From Hemiscyllium ocellatum (Eukaryota), in NCBI RefSeq assembly GCF_020745735.1, contig NC_083412.1:96128320-96192319 (forward strand): DNA of 64,000 bases. The letters run 5' to 3'. Numbering within the stretch: position 1 is the first letter of the stretch; every line of letters begins with the position of its first letter. Made by a program: the position numbers and the translations under genes. Below the pieces are notes generated by a model that saw only the letters and a list, made by a program, of their open reading frames with translations, ran no database searches and had not been told where the DNA came from. This document shows, piece by piece, positions 36,241-48,887 of the stretch.

Positions 36241-37515
36241 CTATAACATACAACATTCCTTCTATTTCTATGATCTGAAGGACCAGCACTTTGGTAAGGC
36301 CATGGAGAGCACTTAACCAGCCAGCTAGAGGTCATCACCTTCAGAACAGGGCACAGCTGGGAGGCAAAATCGGTTGAAACTGGGGATAGGGGAAAGGGAG
36401 CAGAGAGCAGCAGAGACAGCTCAGCATCTGGCTTCATTGAGCAGCCCTGGCTCTCAGTCTTCCTGAAGTCCCCATCCTTCTTTTTAACTACTACGATGAC
36501 CTCACCCTCTCCCTATCTCTATCACCTCCTCTGGTCCCCCTACACCACCAGATCCCTGCATTCCTGTAATTCTGGTTTTGTCTGCATTCCCTGGTGTTAA
36601 TTGCTGCACCTTTCTGTTGTTAAGGCATCTAGTTCTGGGATTTCCTTCCCTAAACTGCTCTGATTCTGTAAACCCAACTCTTTGAACAACTATTTTTGGT
36701 AACTTATCTCCTCATGTGTTTTATTTTGTTGTTAACACTCCTACTGGGATGTTTTGCTGCCCTATGGAATGCTATAAATTAATGTTATTGACGAATGCAA
36801 GAAATGCACATTGGAAACTGCCTTTTTCAGCACAGTTAAATTGCTTTCTGAAAGGTAGACACATGTTGGTGTATTTTGTCTGTTCTAAAGTAGCCAGTGC
36901 CGATTAATCCCATGTGCCGGTGAAATTCATTAGCTCCTCAGTCAGAGGACGGCCTGTGTAATTAAAGGCCAGCAGCTGCTGGCAGCTGATAGAGGGAGAC
37001 AGTGTCGGACTGAGTCACTCTGAAACCACTGAAACCACTATTCCAGTGATACGTTACATTATGATTCCACCTGTGATAAAGCGACGGTTTTAGTTGCTTG
37101 CTGGCTGGAGAAAATTATCCATTACAAGAACAGGAACACTGGTACCTTTGCAGGTGATGGGCAGTTAGTGTGAGAGGCCTTTTTCCTTTTCAATGCTGCC
37201 TTCTGATGATTGAGCAGGAGATCAGTTCATAAATAGCTGCTGTGCTGTGATGTTTGCAAGCAAGTTTGCTGACATGTCTCTTGCCTCTACCCTGCCTTGT
37301 CAGGTATCAATCTCACTTGTATCATTCCTATCCCATTACTGCATTCATCATTGCTGAGCCCCAGATAGATTGGCTCCTGATAACCACATGGACTAGGGAA
37401 AGGCCATTCTGCCCCTTGAGCCTGCCATGCTAGATCATGGCTGAGCATCTACCTCAACGCCATAGAATGCCTGCAGTGTGGAAACAGGCCATTTGGCCTA
37501 TCAAGTCCACACCAA

Positions 37516-37701
37516 GAAAATGACTAGCCTAAGGAAATGCACGCATATAAATAGAAAGGGGGCAACACCACCAGTGCTTCATTCAGAGGCTCACTGAAGA
37601 TATTACCTAGTTTGGTGATAAAACATCTGAAAACAAACCTTCCAGCTCAGCGAGCAAACCTCCATCCTGAACCTTAGGCTGAACTACAAAGCTCAAAACT
37701 T
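37516..37701 (+). mobile_element. PLE family B 3' fragment nested in an HE1 SINE
   Basis: 11-bp TSD GTCCACACCAA at 37505-37515 and 37702-37712; decayed hammerhead TCA-CTGAAGA-TATTACC...GGTGAT-AAAACATC-TGA. Confidence 0.75.
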
Positions 37702-39204
37702 GTCCACACCAACAGTCACCCAAGGGTGGAATCAGACCCAGGTCCCTGGTACTGTGCTAACCACTGAGCCACCATGCTGTCCATATTCTCGCAGTATCCC
37801 CAGACACTCGAACGTTTTCAAATTCATTTTTTGATACTCCAATTTTGAACTTCCACAACCCCCTCAGTCAGAAAACTCCAAAGACTCAGCAGCTTTCCAG
37901 TGAAGAAATTCCTCTCTCAGTTGTAAGTGGCTTGCCCTTTGTTCTGAGATTGTGTCATTGTCATTCCATTGCATTTATTTCAGTTCCACTCTCCTCCAGC
38001 ATTTGTACCAGGAGGGTTTTGGGAAGGGAAAAGCTCACATTCCCTTGAAATGCCTCAGCCCTCAGCTGAATCAATCTCCAGGTTGTGAACATGTTCTGAT
38101 CTTGAGCCTGTTTACAAGTTAATTTATATGTGAGTTGGAATACAATGCAGGACAATACCAAATAGCCATTCATAATCACAAGGCAAAATTCATGTTTCAG
38201 ATCTTTAAAATTGCACCACTGCATGGGATTGTGTTCGTAACTTGGACATTCTTAATTGGAGAGCTCCATACCCTCTCTTTCTGATGAGATTTTATTCTGC
38301 ACTCTCAGAAGGACACAAGCAATCCCACGATCACTGTCTGATGAATAAAGGAATTCTTCCTTATATTCCTCAACAAACAGCAGTAAGTCAGATCAGTGAG
38401 CAATTATTATCTTAGTTTTCTTTTATGAGAGCTTTCATGTGTAAATATGGTGTGCGTGGTTTCTGTATTGCAAGAGAGACCACACTCGGAAATGCTCTTG
38501 AGTCATCCCAAGTTTATGAACAGCACTATGTAATTGCAAAACATGCTGTCCCAACATTATGTGATTTTTTTTAAAAAACAATTCATATACACAGGATCCA
38601 TCGTAATTGCTTTCATATTCCACTGTTGCGTAAAGAATTCTGTTAAAGCTGTCCAACCCAACTTGCCTTTATTGGTCTACGTAAGCCATCCTTTATGCAT
38701 GTCTTTCAGGGATTCACCCTTCTCTTCAATGGTGAGTAGACAAAGCTTACCTGCTGCCAATGATAATGTCTCATGGCTGGTGTGATCATTCCCTCATGTG
38801 TTTGCGATATTGCTAAGCAACAGCATAAAACCATGGAGAGATGGGGAAATGTTTTTAGCTGCTCTTCCTTTGATACATAGGCAAGACCCCACACCTTCAA
38901 AAGCAAAATACTGCGTAATTTGAACATCGGAAATTAAAAATGAAAAATGCTGGAAAATGCTTAGCAGGTCAGACGCACCTGCAAATAGAGCAACAGCACT
39001 AACATTAGAGATGCATAAGATGTAGGAGCAGAGGAAGGCCAATCAGTCCATCGAGTCTGCTCCGCCAATGAGACCATTGTTGATCTGATCCACCTCACTC
39101 CACTTTCCTGCCTTTACCCCCAACACTCATCATTCCCTTTCTGATTGAACATCACTCTGCCTCAGCCTGGGGGGGCTGGTTTGCAAAGCAGGTCATGCAA
39201 ACAG

Positions 39205-39780
39205 GAGAAAGTGAGGATTGCAGATGCTGGGATCTGAGTTGAAAAGTGTGTAGCTGGAAAGGCCCAGCAGGGCAGGCAGCATCTGAGGAGCAGGAGAATT
39301 GATGTCTCAGGCATAAGCCCTTCATCTTGGCGGGGGGTGGGGGCAGAGAGATAAACAGGAGGAGGGGTGGTGGGGCTGGGGAAAGTAGCTGGAAGGCAAT
39401 AGGTAGATTGAGGTGGGTGAGGTGATGGTGATAGTTTGGAGAAAAGGGTGGAGCAGATAGGAGATAAGGAAGATGGACAATTCAAGAGGGCAATGCCAAT
39501 ATGGAGGGTTGGATCTGGGATGAAGTAGGGTGAGGGGAAATAAGGAAGCTGGTGAAATCGACGTTGATGCCGTGTGGTTGGAGGGTCGCAAGGCAGAGGA
39601 TAAGGCGATTGTCCTCCAGGCGTTGGGTGGCCTGGATTTGACAGTGGAGGAGGACCAGGACTTGCATGTCCTTGGCAGTGTGGAAGGGGGGAGTAGAAGT
39701 GGTTGGTCACAGGGCGGTGGGTTTGTTTGGTGTGTGTGTCCCAGAGATGTTCCCTGAAATGTTTCGCAGGTTGGCATTCT
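39205..39780 (-). mobile_element. PLE family A with GIY-YIG endonuclease C-terminus
   Basis: Minus ORF QVLVLLHCQIQATQRLEDNRLILCLATLQPHGINVDFTSF followed by the pseudo-LTR. Confidence 0.85.
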
Positions 39781-40421
39781 GTCTTAGCGATATGCCAACA
39801 GCATAGGTTTTCATCCCATACCAGTTGATGTGGCCAGAAAGGACTACCATCTCCACCTCGCTCCCCCTCACCTAAGGACCCTGACGTTAAACAGCACCAG
39901 GCGTCTCACTCTGGGACCGTGACGCCTTTGATCTCAGCCTTGAAGAAACTTAATTACTTAACCCCAACAGCCCTCTGTTGTAAAGCATTCTAAAATTCAC
40001 TACTATCAAAGAGAAGAAATTCCACCCCATCTCTGTCTTAAGTACGTAACCCCTTTTTCTGAGGTAAGCCTCTGCCACAAGGGGAAACAACCTCTCGGTA
40101 TCTAACCTCTCAAAACCTCTAAGAATGAGTCCAAAACTAGTTGGCGGAGGTTTAAGGTGAGAGGGGAAAGATTGAAAAGGGACTTAAGGAACAACTGTTT
40201 CATGCAGAGGGTGGTGTGTGAATGGAATGAGCTGCTAGAGGAAGGTGGAGGCTGTTACAATTACAACATTTCAAAGGCATCTGGATGGATATTTGAACAG
40301 GGAGGGTTTAGAGGGATATGGGCCCAGTGCTGGCAAATGGGACTAGATTAATTTAGGATATCTGGTTGGCATGGACGAGTTGAACCAAAGGGTCTGTTTC
40401 CATGATGTACATCTCTATGAC

Positions 40422-40697
40422 TGGGGGTTGAGAATGTGGTGCTGGAAAAGCACAGCAGGTTAGGCAGCATCCAAGGAGTAGGAAAATTGACGTTTCAGGC
40501 TGCAGCTCTTCATCAGGAATGAGGCTGGGAGCCTCCAGAGTGGAGAGATAAATGGGAGGAGGGTGGGGCTGGGGAGAAGGTAGCTGAGAGTGCAATAGGT
40601 GGGTGGAGATGGGGGTAAAGGTGATTGGTCGGAGAGGAGGGGGCAGAAGATAGGTGGGAAGAAAGATTGACAGATGGGACAGGTCATGAGGGCAGTA
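40422..40697 (-). mobile_element. PLE family A 3' fragment in the tail of a CR1 (40127-40421)
   Basis: Pseudo-LTR with ATTCCTGATGAAG; flanked by CTCTATGAC copies. Confidence 0.8.
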
Positions 40698-40926
40698 CTC
40701 TATGACACTATGACTCCAAATAGCCTCTCAATATTCTGAACTCCAACAAGTACAAACCCAATCTACTCATCATTTCCTCTGAAAACAGACTTTCCTCAAA
40801 GTTATTTGGTTATATTGACGTGATCATGCTGAGGGGCCAGGATCATCATTGGAGCAAACTAACACAGAAAACGGATTGAATGCAGGATCTCATGAAGTTT
40901 GAAAGATTGAGATGTTATGGACTAGG

Positions 40927-41550
40927 CGTGACCACACAAAAACATTCACGTGCAGGCAGCCGAGACCATAACTTTGCAATTTATTTCATGATGTGTACAG
41001 TGCAAGTTATCTGGAGTAGGTTAGCGAGGCTGACTACCAGGTTTAAAACAGACAAAAAAAATCATTCACAGAATTACACAATGAAACATGAAGAACTGAA
41101 TAAAGAACCCCTACAGAACTCAATCTATCCAGACTAGAGTTAAGTATGCTGTTTTGAATATGTACAACAGTTCCAGTAAGCAAACCCCCTTTAAAACATA
41201 GTACAAAAAAGGGTCAGGGCTGAAATCAGAAGGGCAGAAGAGTGAGTTTCCACACAGCTCACTGTTGAACTCCCAACCAGTTTGGAACTGAACTAAAACT
41301 GCTCAGCTGGAGAGCTGACCACTGTCCTTTCATTATACAGGTGACTTCTAAAATAAGTGACCACTTTGGCTTGAAGTCTCATCGGTTTCCATGCAAACAA
41401 AAGGCCTCTCAAAATCCTTTTCATCTCAGTACCAAACCAGTCTGATCGGAGCCCGGCCCGCTTTATTACCCCTCTGAAAAAAATCAAAGACGGAGTGTCC
41501 TTCAGCCAAGGAACAGTTTTCAGAGAGAAAAAAGAACTAGCTTTGTGACT
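40927..41550 (-). mobile_element. Possible solo LTR (~620 bp)
   Basis: Ends CGTGAC... and ...TTTGTGACT (decayed TG..CA), minus TATAAT (41333-41338) and AATAAA (40980-40985), flanks TAGG/GAGG. Confidence 0.45.
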
Positions 41551-41817
41551 GAGGGTTATTCAGGAATCTGAAATAGGTTGAAAGGCTGTGGTCTGTGATC
41601 AGAAAGTTAAATGATTTGCATGTTGTAAAGGAAGACTGAGTAGGCCAGGGTTTGGAAGTCCCCCAAGTGAAACCCTGGTTGACCAGAAACACAATGCATT
41701 TGCAGTTACTAATCCTATCTGTGTGAGGAGGTGAGTGCTTGGAGTGGCCATACTGAAATTTTAAGCTGTTGTGAAATCTAAAGAGTTCCTCATGTCACAC
41801 CACCTTCTCTGGGTCTT

Positions 41818-42873
41818 AGAACATAGAACATAGAAAAGTACAGCACAGAACAGGCCCTTTGGCCCACGATGTTGTGCCAAGATTCAGTCCTAATATAAAA
41901 TATAGTAACTTCACCTACACACCCCTCAACTCACTGCTATCCGTGTGCATGTCCAGCAGTCACTTAAATGTCCCTAATGACTCTGCTTCCACCACCACAG
42001 CTGGCAACGCATTCCATGCATTCACAACTCTCTGCATAAATAACCTACCTCTGACGTCTTCTTTATACCTTCCTCCTAATATCTTCAAACTATGACTTCT
42101 TGTTCCAGTCAATCCTGCCCTGGGGAAATGTCTCTGGCTATTGATTCTATCTATTCCTCTCACTATCTTGTACACCTCAATCAGGTCTCCTCTCTTCCTC
42201 CTTTCTCTCCAGAGAGAAAAGTCCGAGCTTATTCAACCTTTTTTCATAAGGCAAGCCCTCCAGTCCAGGCAGCATCCTGGTAAACCTTCTTTGCACCCTC
42301 TCCAAAGCCTCTGTATCTTTTCTATATTAGGGTGACCAGAACTGGACACAATATTCCAAGTGTGGTCTCACCAGGGTCTTGTAGACCTGCAGCAAAACCT
42401 CATGGCTCTTAAACTCGATCCCCCTGTTAATGAAAGCCAAAACACCATATGCTTTCTTAACAACCCTATCCACTTGGGTGGCAACTTTGTGGGATCTATG
42501 TACTTGCACACCCAGATCCCCCTGTTCCTCCACACTGCCAAGAAATCCTGTCTACATTCAGCATTGGAGTTTGACCTTCCAAAATGCATCAGTTCACATT
42601 TATCCAGGTTGAACTCCATCTGTCATTTCTCAGCCCAGCTCTGTCACACTGCAGCCTGCTATACTATCGACGACACCGCCAACCTTTGTGTCATCTGCAA
42701 ATTTACTAACCCACTCCTCAATCTCCTCATCCAAGTCATTTATAAAAACTACAAAGAGCAGAGGCCCAAGAACAGAGCCCTGCGGGACCCCACTCAACAC
42801 TGACCTCCAGGCAGAATACTTTCCATCTACAACCACTCTCTGCCTTCTGTCAACCAGCCAATTCTGTATCCAG
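41818..42873 (-). mobile_element. Young CR1 LINE, RT domain to 3' tail
   Basis: [23 protein letters not shown]...SKFADDTK; YKTLVRPHLEYCVQFWSP; (TTCTATG)n tail. Confidence 0.95.
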
Positions 42874-42901
42874 AATCGTTGGATTTCAGGAAGATATTTC
42901 A

Positions 42902-43218
42902 GGGCGGCATGGTGGCACAGTGGTTAGCACTGCTGCCTCACAGCACCAGAGACCCGGGTTCAATTCCTGACTCAGGCGACTGACTGTGTGGAGTTTGCAC
43001 ATTCTCCCCGTGTCTGCGTGGGTTTCCTCCGGGTGCTCCGGTTTCCTCCCACAGTCCAAAGATGTGCGGGTCAGGTGAATTGGCCATGCTAAATTGCCCG
43101 TAGTGTTAGGTAAGGGGTTAATGTAGGGGTATGGGTGGGTTTCGCTTCGGCGGGTCGGTGTGGACTTGTTGGGCCGAAGGGCCTGTTTCCACACTGTAAG
43201 TAATCTAATCTAATCTAA
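42902..43218 (+). mobile_element. HE1-type SINE, full length
   Basis: GGCGGCATGGTGGCACAGTGGTTAGC...GGTTCAATTCC...(TAATC)n. Confidence 0.95.
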
Positions 43219-43230
43219 TATTTATTTATA

Positions 43231-43485
43231 GGTGGCACAGTGGTTAGCACTGCTGCCTCACAGCGCTAGAGACCCAGGTTCAATTCCCACCTCAGTCAAC
43301 TGACTGTGTGGAGTTTGCACATTCTCCCCGTGTCTGCGTGGGTTTCCTCCCACAGTCCAAAGATGTGCGGGTCAGGTGAATTGGCCATGCTAAATTGCCT
43401 GTAGTGTTAGGTGTAGGGTGGGTTGCAGGTCGGTGTGGACTTGTTGGGTCGAAGGGCCTGTTTCCACACTGTAAGAAATCTAAAT
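43231..43485 (+). mobile_element. HE1-type SINE, directly behind the previous copy
   Basis: Second head GGTGGCACAGTGGTTAGC 12 bp after the first tail. Confidence 0.9.
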
Positions 43486-44107
43486 CTTATCGGGACAATG
43501 TGCCCAAAACTTGACTTGGAAAAACTATTTCATTTGACTTTTTGCTTCACGTCATTCCCCATGTGAACATCTCTGAGCAGTAGAGTTGTTTGACATCAGT
43601 GTTTTGCGTGTATTAATTACTTTACAAAACTTGATCTCACACGCATACAGAAAGTGTAAAGTGATGCAGCCTTTGTGAAGCAAAGCACATCAGCTGCTGA
43701 GTGTAACCGCAGACCATTACAACAGCTTGTCTCCTGGCCTTCCCTCTGTCCTTGTCTGGATTATGCTCTCAACTCAGGCTTGCTGACCTCAGTCTAAATT
43801 AAAGCCAGTTCGATTTTATTTTTCTGACCCTTGCAGTAATCTCTCAGGCACTCCCCAACAGCTCCCCAAACATAACCCTGACTTCAGTACCTCTCATTGC
43901 GATGGGAAGAATTAAACACCTGTCAAAATACCCATTGCACCAGCTCTGCTAACCTCGGCTGAAAGTTCACAACTTGAATAGAAGAATATCTCTCTGAAAA
44001 TCACATGAGAATGCAGTGAACTGAACCAAGACGGAACTCTGAAAGGGATACACAGATAGGGTGGGATAGAAACAAGTGAGAGGAAGTCGTGTGGAACAAA
44101 GAATTAA

Positions 44108-44415
44108 CTTGAACTCAGCACCACCTTCCTAACCTGCAATCTTCTTCCTGACCTCTCCGCCCCCACCCCACTCCGGCCTATCACCCTCACCTTGACCTCC
44201 TTCCACCTATCACATCTCCATCACCCCTCCCCCAAGTCCCTCCTCCCTACCTTTTATCTTAGCCTGCTGGACACACTCTCCTCATTCCTGATGAAGAGCT
44301 TATGCCCGAAACATCGAATTTCCTGTTCCTTGGATGTTGCCTGACCTGCTGCGCTTTTCCAGCAACACAGTTTCAGCTCTGATCTCCAGCATCTGCAGTC
44401 CTCACTTTCTCCTCA
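44108..44415 (+). mobile_element. PLE family A pseudo-LTR
   Basis: Matches the reverse complement of 17252-17520; hammerhead at 44284-44319. Confidence 0.85.
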
Positions 44416-44704
44416 AAGACTTAACATGGACCAGAAAGGACCAAATAGCCTGATTATGTACTGTCAAATGAATGTCCTTGAAGTTTAGCACTGCAATATC
44501 ATACAGTTTTAAATGTAGAAGCACAGCAGCAGGAGGAGGCCATTCGGCCCTTCAAGCCTGCTCCACTATTCAATACGATCATGGCTGATCACCCTAACCC
44601 TGTTCCTGCTTTCTCCCCATACCCTTTGAATCCTTTAGCCCTGAGATCTATATCTCACAAATCTAGGTTACACTAGGTTACAATCCAACAGATTTATTTG
44701 GAAG

Positions 44705-44739
44705 TACAAGCTTTCGGAGCATTGCTCCTTCGTCAGGTA
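44705..44739 (-). ncRNA. Minimal hammerhead ribozyme motif, PLE family C
   Basis: TAC-CTGACGA-A-GGAGC AAT GCTCC-GAAAGCTT-GTA. Confidence 0.7.
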
Positions 44740-44980
44740 GCGGGAGGGGCAGGATCATTAGATACAGAATTTATAATAAGTAGATCAAATAGATAAACTG
44801 TATCTAAATTAGCCAATCTGGTGCATTTACTCCCCATGATTTATTGCATTGCCAGTTGTACTGATGGTGTGATTTTAATTTATCACTTCTTTGTAATATT
44901 GCCCAACTAAAAGCCACAGAGATAGCAACACCAGAGAAGACCTTCCTACTTGCAGAACAGGAAGAATATAAGAAATGGTT

Positions 44981-45325
44981 TTAGCGGGTTTTGAGAAGAT
45001 TTGTAGCTCAGGTTGAGGTTTTGGATGTAGATTTGCTCACTGAGCTGGAAGGTTCATTTTGTCAACCTACTAGGTAACATCTTCAGTGGGCCTCAGGCGA
45101 AGCAATGCTGATAATTCCTGATTTCTACTTGTACGTTTGGGTTTCTTTGGGTTGCTGATGTCATTTCCTATGGTGATGTCATTTTCTGTGGTGAAGTCAC
45201 TTCCTGTTCTTTTTCTCAGGGAGTGGTAGATGAGGTCTAACTCGATGTGTTTGTTGATAGAGTTCTGGCTGGAATGCTATGTTTCTAGGAATTCTCATGT
45301 GTGTCTTTGTGTAGCTTGTCCTAGG
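44981..45325 (-). mobile_element. PLE family B 3' fragment
   Basis: Homologous to 45731-46050 and 37516-37701. Confidence 0.8.
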
Positions 45326-45730
45326 ATGGTTACTGAAGGCGGCCATTTGGCCCTACTAGCCTGTCAAAGCATTCAAGAGCCCTCTTTTCATTCTTCTAAA
45401 CTGTAAATGGTTTAAATCTATCCCCACAGTACTATCTCCTAAGTGCAGGAGCCAGCCTAGTAAAATACAAGTAAATGACTGCAGATGCTTGAGATCAGAA
45501 TACAAACAAATTGCTGGAGAAACTCAGCGGGTCTGGAATAGTCTGTGGGAGGAGAAACAGAATTCACATTTCGAGACCAGTACAACTGTCCTTCAAAAAG
45601 TTCTGGCAAAGTCATGTCAGATCCGAAACATTAGCTCTTTTTCCCTCTCCACATGTGCAGCAGTCGAGGGAATCTTTGTTACACAACATCTAGGGCAAGC
45701 GAGTTTTGAGGAGATTTCTGACTCAGATTA

Positions 45731-46320
45731 AGGTTCTGTATGAAGGTTTGCTCACTGAGCTGGAAAATTCATTTTTGGACGTTTAGTCACCATACTCGGT
45801 AACATCGTCAGTGAGCTTCCAGATGAAGCACCGGTGGCATGCCTCGCTTTCTATTTATGTGTTTAGGTTTCCTTGGGTTGGTGATGTCATTTCATGCGGT
45901 GACGTCATTTCCTTAGTGACGTCATTTCCTGTTCTTTTTCCCGGGGTTGTTAATTGAATCCAGGCAATGTGTTTGTTAATAAAGTTCCGGTTGGAATGCC
46001 ATGCTTCCAGGAATTCTTGTGCGTGTCTCTGTTTGGCTTGTCCTAGGATGGATGTGTTGGCCCAGTCAAAGTGGTGTCCTTCTTCATCTATAATTAAGGA
46101 TACTAGTGAGAGAGGGTCATGTTGTTTCATGGCTGGTTGGTGATCATGTATCCTGGTAGCTAGTTTTCTGCCTGTTTGTCCAATGTAGTGTTTGCTACAG
46201 TCCTTGCACAGTATTTTTGTGGATGACATAAGTTTTGCTTGTTGTCTGTTTAGGATCTTTCAAGTTCATTTAATGTTATTTTAAGTGTGTTGGTGAGTTT
46301 GTGGGCTACCATGATGCCTT
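45731..46320 (-). mobile_element. PLE family B with GIY-YIG endonuclease domain
   Basis: Minus ORF 45855-46229: KILCKDCSKHYIGQTGRKLATRIHDH...EFLEAWHS. Confidence 0.9.
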
Positions 46321-47930
46321 GCCTTCAGTAAGAAAGATGAAAACCCTGCATATTACTCCAAGTGTGGCCTCACCAATGCCCTGTAGAATTGCAGCTTTGG
46401 CGTGCAGATTTTAATAAAAATTCGGCATCTCAGCTCACCCCACCCTGCCAGCTCCATTTAAGGTGGGTGATCTCTCACTATTGCCTTGCTTTTATATCCA
46501 TGTCTTTAACATGGGGAAACTTTCCAAGATTCTTTATTAAGCACAACTGGATTTTTAATAAAATGACCAAGCCACATGAGGAGATGTTAAACGGCCGACT
46601 TAAAGTTACATTGAAAAGGTGGATCTTAAGGAGTGTCCTGAACTTGGAGAGAAAGAGGGGGTGAGTTTAGGCGAGGATTCCCCGAGGAGTCAAAACAGTG
46701 GAAGGCAAAATGAAGTGGTATCCGGAGTGTGGGAAGGAGGTCTGGGGAACACCGGCCTCTCAGATTGATCCAGCGTTGTGGACAGACCTGATCATTTTGA
46801 ACACCCGATCATTTTGCTCTCTTGTGGGATGCCAGGTTTCTGACATTGCCAGCTGTGAACACCCTCTGCCGACTGCAAGGCTGCTCTGTGATGCACTGAG
46901 GTCGAGCAGGGGGTTCCTGGAAATGCAAACATTGAAATTTGTGTTTTTGTGTGGTTGGTAATTTCAGGAGATTGCTGCAGACTGCACTGTAATTTCTGGA
47001 TTCAGGTTCGGGCAGACACTCCGCCCCTCCCCCAGCCTCTCAAAGCAGTTAACAAGGAGATTGGGAAGCTCCCATCCTGTAGCATTCAACACAAAACAAA
47101 CGAGGCTTCAAATGATTTGGAAACCTGTGTGGTCCTCTGCATTCCTTTTTAAAAGAATCTCTCGTAGATTCAGGGATAACTTGGCATCCTCAGTAAGCAG
47201 GGGCTCACCGGGGTCAGTGGAGAGTAACGAAACCCTTCTGGGGTTTGTTTATAAACCATAGCTCATATTTTTGTACGGTTGTGACATGCATTGGACAGCT
47301 CCCTCCCCTTCCCACATTTCAAGACTTAAAATGAATCCTGAACATTGGAAACAGGTTGCTAGGCGACAAGGGAAAGGAGGTGGCAGTGTTTGGAAAAGCA
47401 TTCCCTCTTCCCCCCACCCCCCACCCCAACTCTCACTGACGCTCATCTGGACTTCGAAAAACCTCTGGAGCCCAAACACTCTGTCGCTGCTGTCTGATAG
47501 CTGTCTAATTATCAGGGTACTTCTCGGTTCAGGGACCATTAAAGATAATTGTTATCACAACACAAGTCATCTCGGTGCTGTGTTAACCCTTCAGCTCCCA
47601 TGCTGGTTTGCTTGAGAAGGGAAGGAGTTTTTTTTTAAAAAAAACAAATTTTCTCTTCTCAAATGCCCCAGGGAGTGTGCCAGTGTGACAGCTGAAGACT
47701 TGGAGGATTTTTTTGTGAGCTGGGGAAGGCTTGGGATGAGAAGGGTGGAGAAGGAAACAAGGGTGCAGAAGGGGTTTACTAGGATACTGCCTGGATGAGA
47801 GGGCATGAGATATAAGGAGAGGCTGGAAAAACTCTGGTTGTTTTCTCTGGAGCAGCGGAAGCTGAGGGAAGCCCTGATAGAGGCCTATAAAAGACGTCAC
47901 CACAAGAAGGCAGACATTGTAAAAGCTGTA

Positions 47931-48679
47931 TAAAGTTAAAAATCACACAACACCAGGTTATAGTCCAACAGGTTTAATTGGAAGCACACTAGCTTTCGGA
48001 GCAACGTTCCTTCATCAGGTGATAGTGGAGGGCTCGATTGTAACACGGAATTTATAGCAAAAATTTGCAGTGTGATGTAACTGAAATTATACATTGAAAA
48101 ATGGATTGTCTGTTAAGCCTTTCATCTGTTAAAATACAGTGGTAGTTTCACTTCTTTCATGTGTAAATCACAAAACCTTTTTTTAAACGTTGCATTCTCA
48201 GGTTAGCTGTTAACAATGGCGATAGCTAGACGATATGTTGAAGGTGTTAGCCCCCTGTATTCTCTGTCTATTACCTGATGTTTAGATTGATTCTAATCTA
48301 AAAAGTGAGATAACAGAGTTTTACATAAATTCATGCAGTTTTTGAGCTCAGAGTTCTCCATGAATGTATGCAGCTTTTGAGCAAAGTACAATGAAACTCT
48401 GCAAATACAAATTCACCCCACACAATATATGTGTGCATGTGGGTCTTTGTCTGTCTGTGTGTGTGTGTCTGTCTGGGGTGGGGGTTGTGAGTGTGAGAAA
48501 GTGTGCGTGTGTGTGTGTGTGTGCATGTGTGTAGTGAGTGCAGAGTGTCTTAAGTCTGTGAGGGGGTGCATGTGTGAGTGTGGGTGTGTGTGTGTCTATA
48601 AGGGTGTGTGTGGGTGTCTGTGTGTGCGTCTGTGTGTACCTGTGTCCGTGTGTATGTGAGAGTGTGTGTGTGTAGTGCA
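47931..48679 (-). mobile_element. PLE family C 3' fragment (749 bp) with TG-rich body
   Basis: Exact 15-bp TSD ATTGTAAAAGCTGTA at 47916-47930 and 48680-48694; hammerhead CAC-CTGATGA-A-GGAAC GTT GCTCC-GAAAGCTA-GTG at 47987-48021. Confidence 0.85.
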
Positions 48680-48709
48680 ATTGTAAAAGCTGTACAGTGT
48701 ACTCCTGCA

Positions 48710-48836
48710 CTGAAGAAGGGCTCATGCCAAAAACATCGATTCTCCTGCTCCTTGGATGCTGTCTGACCTGCTGCGCTTTTCCAGCAAAACATTTTCAGCT
48801 CTGATCTGCAGCATCTGCAGTCCTCACTTTCTCCCG
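48710..48836 (+). mobile_element. PLE family A short copy
   Basis: TSD GTGTACTCCT(G/A)CA at 48697-48709 and 48837-48849; starts at CTGAAGA. Confidence 0.8.
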
Positions 48837-48887
48837 GTGTACTCCTACAATGGAGTACATCTGACAATAAAAGGATATTGATTCATT

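Noticed and set aside
42902-42975. tRNA gene
   Set aside because: The A/B boxes belong to the HE1 SINE head and continue into SINE body and tail; no complete cloverleaf.
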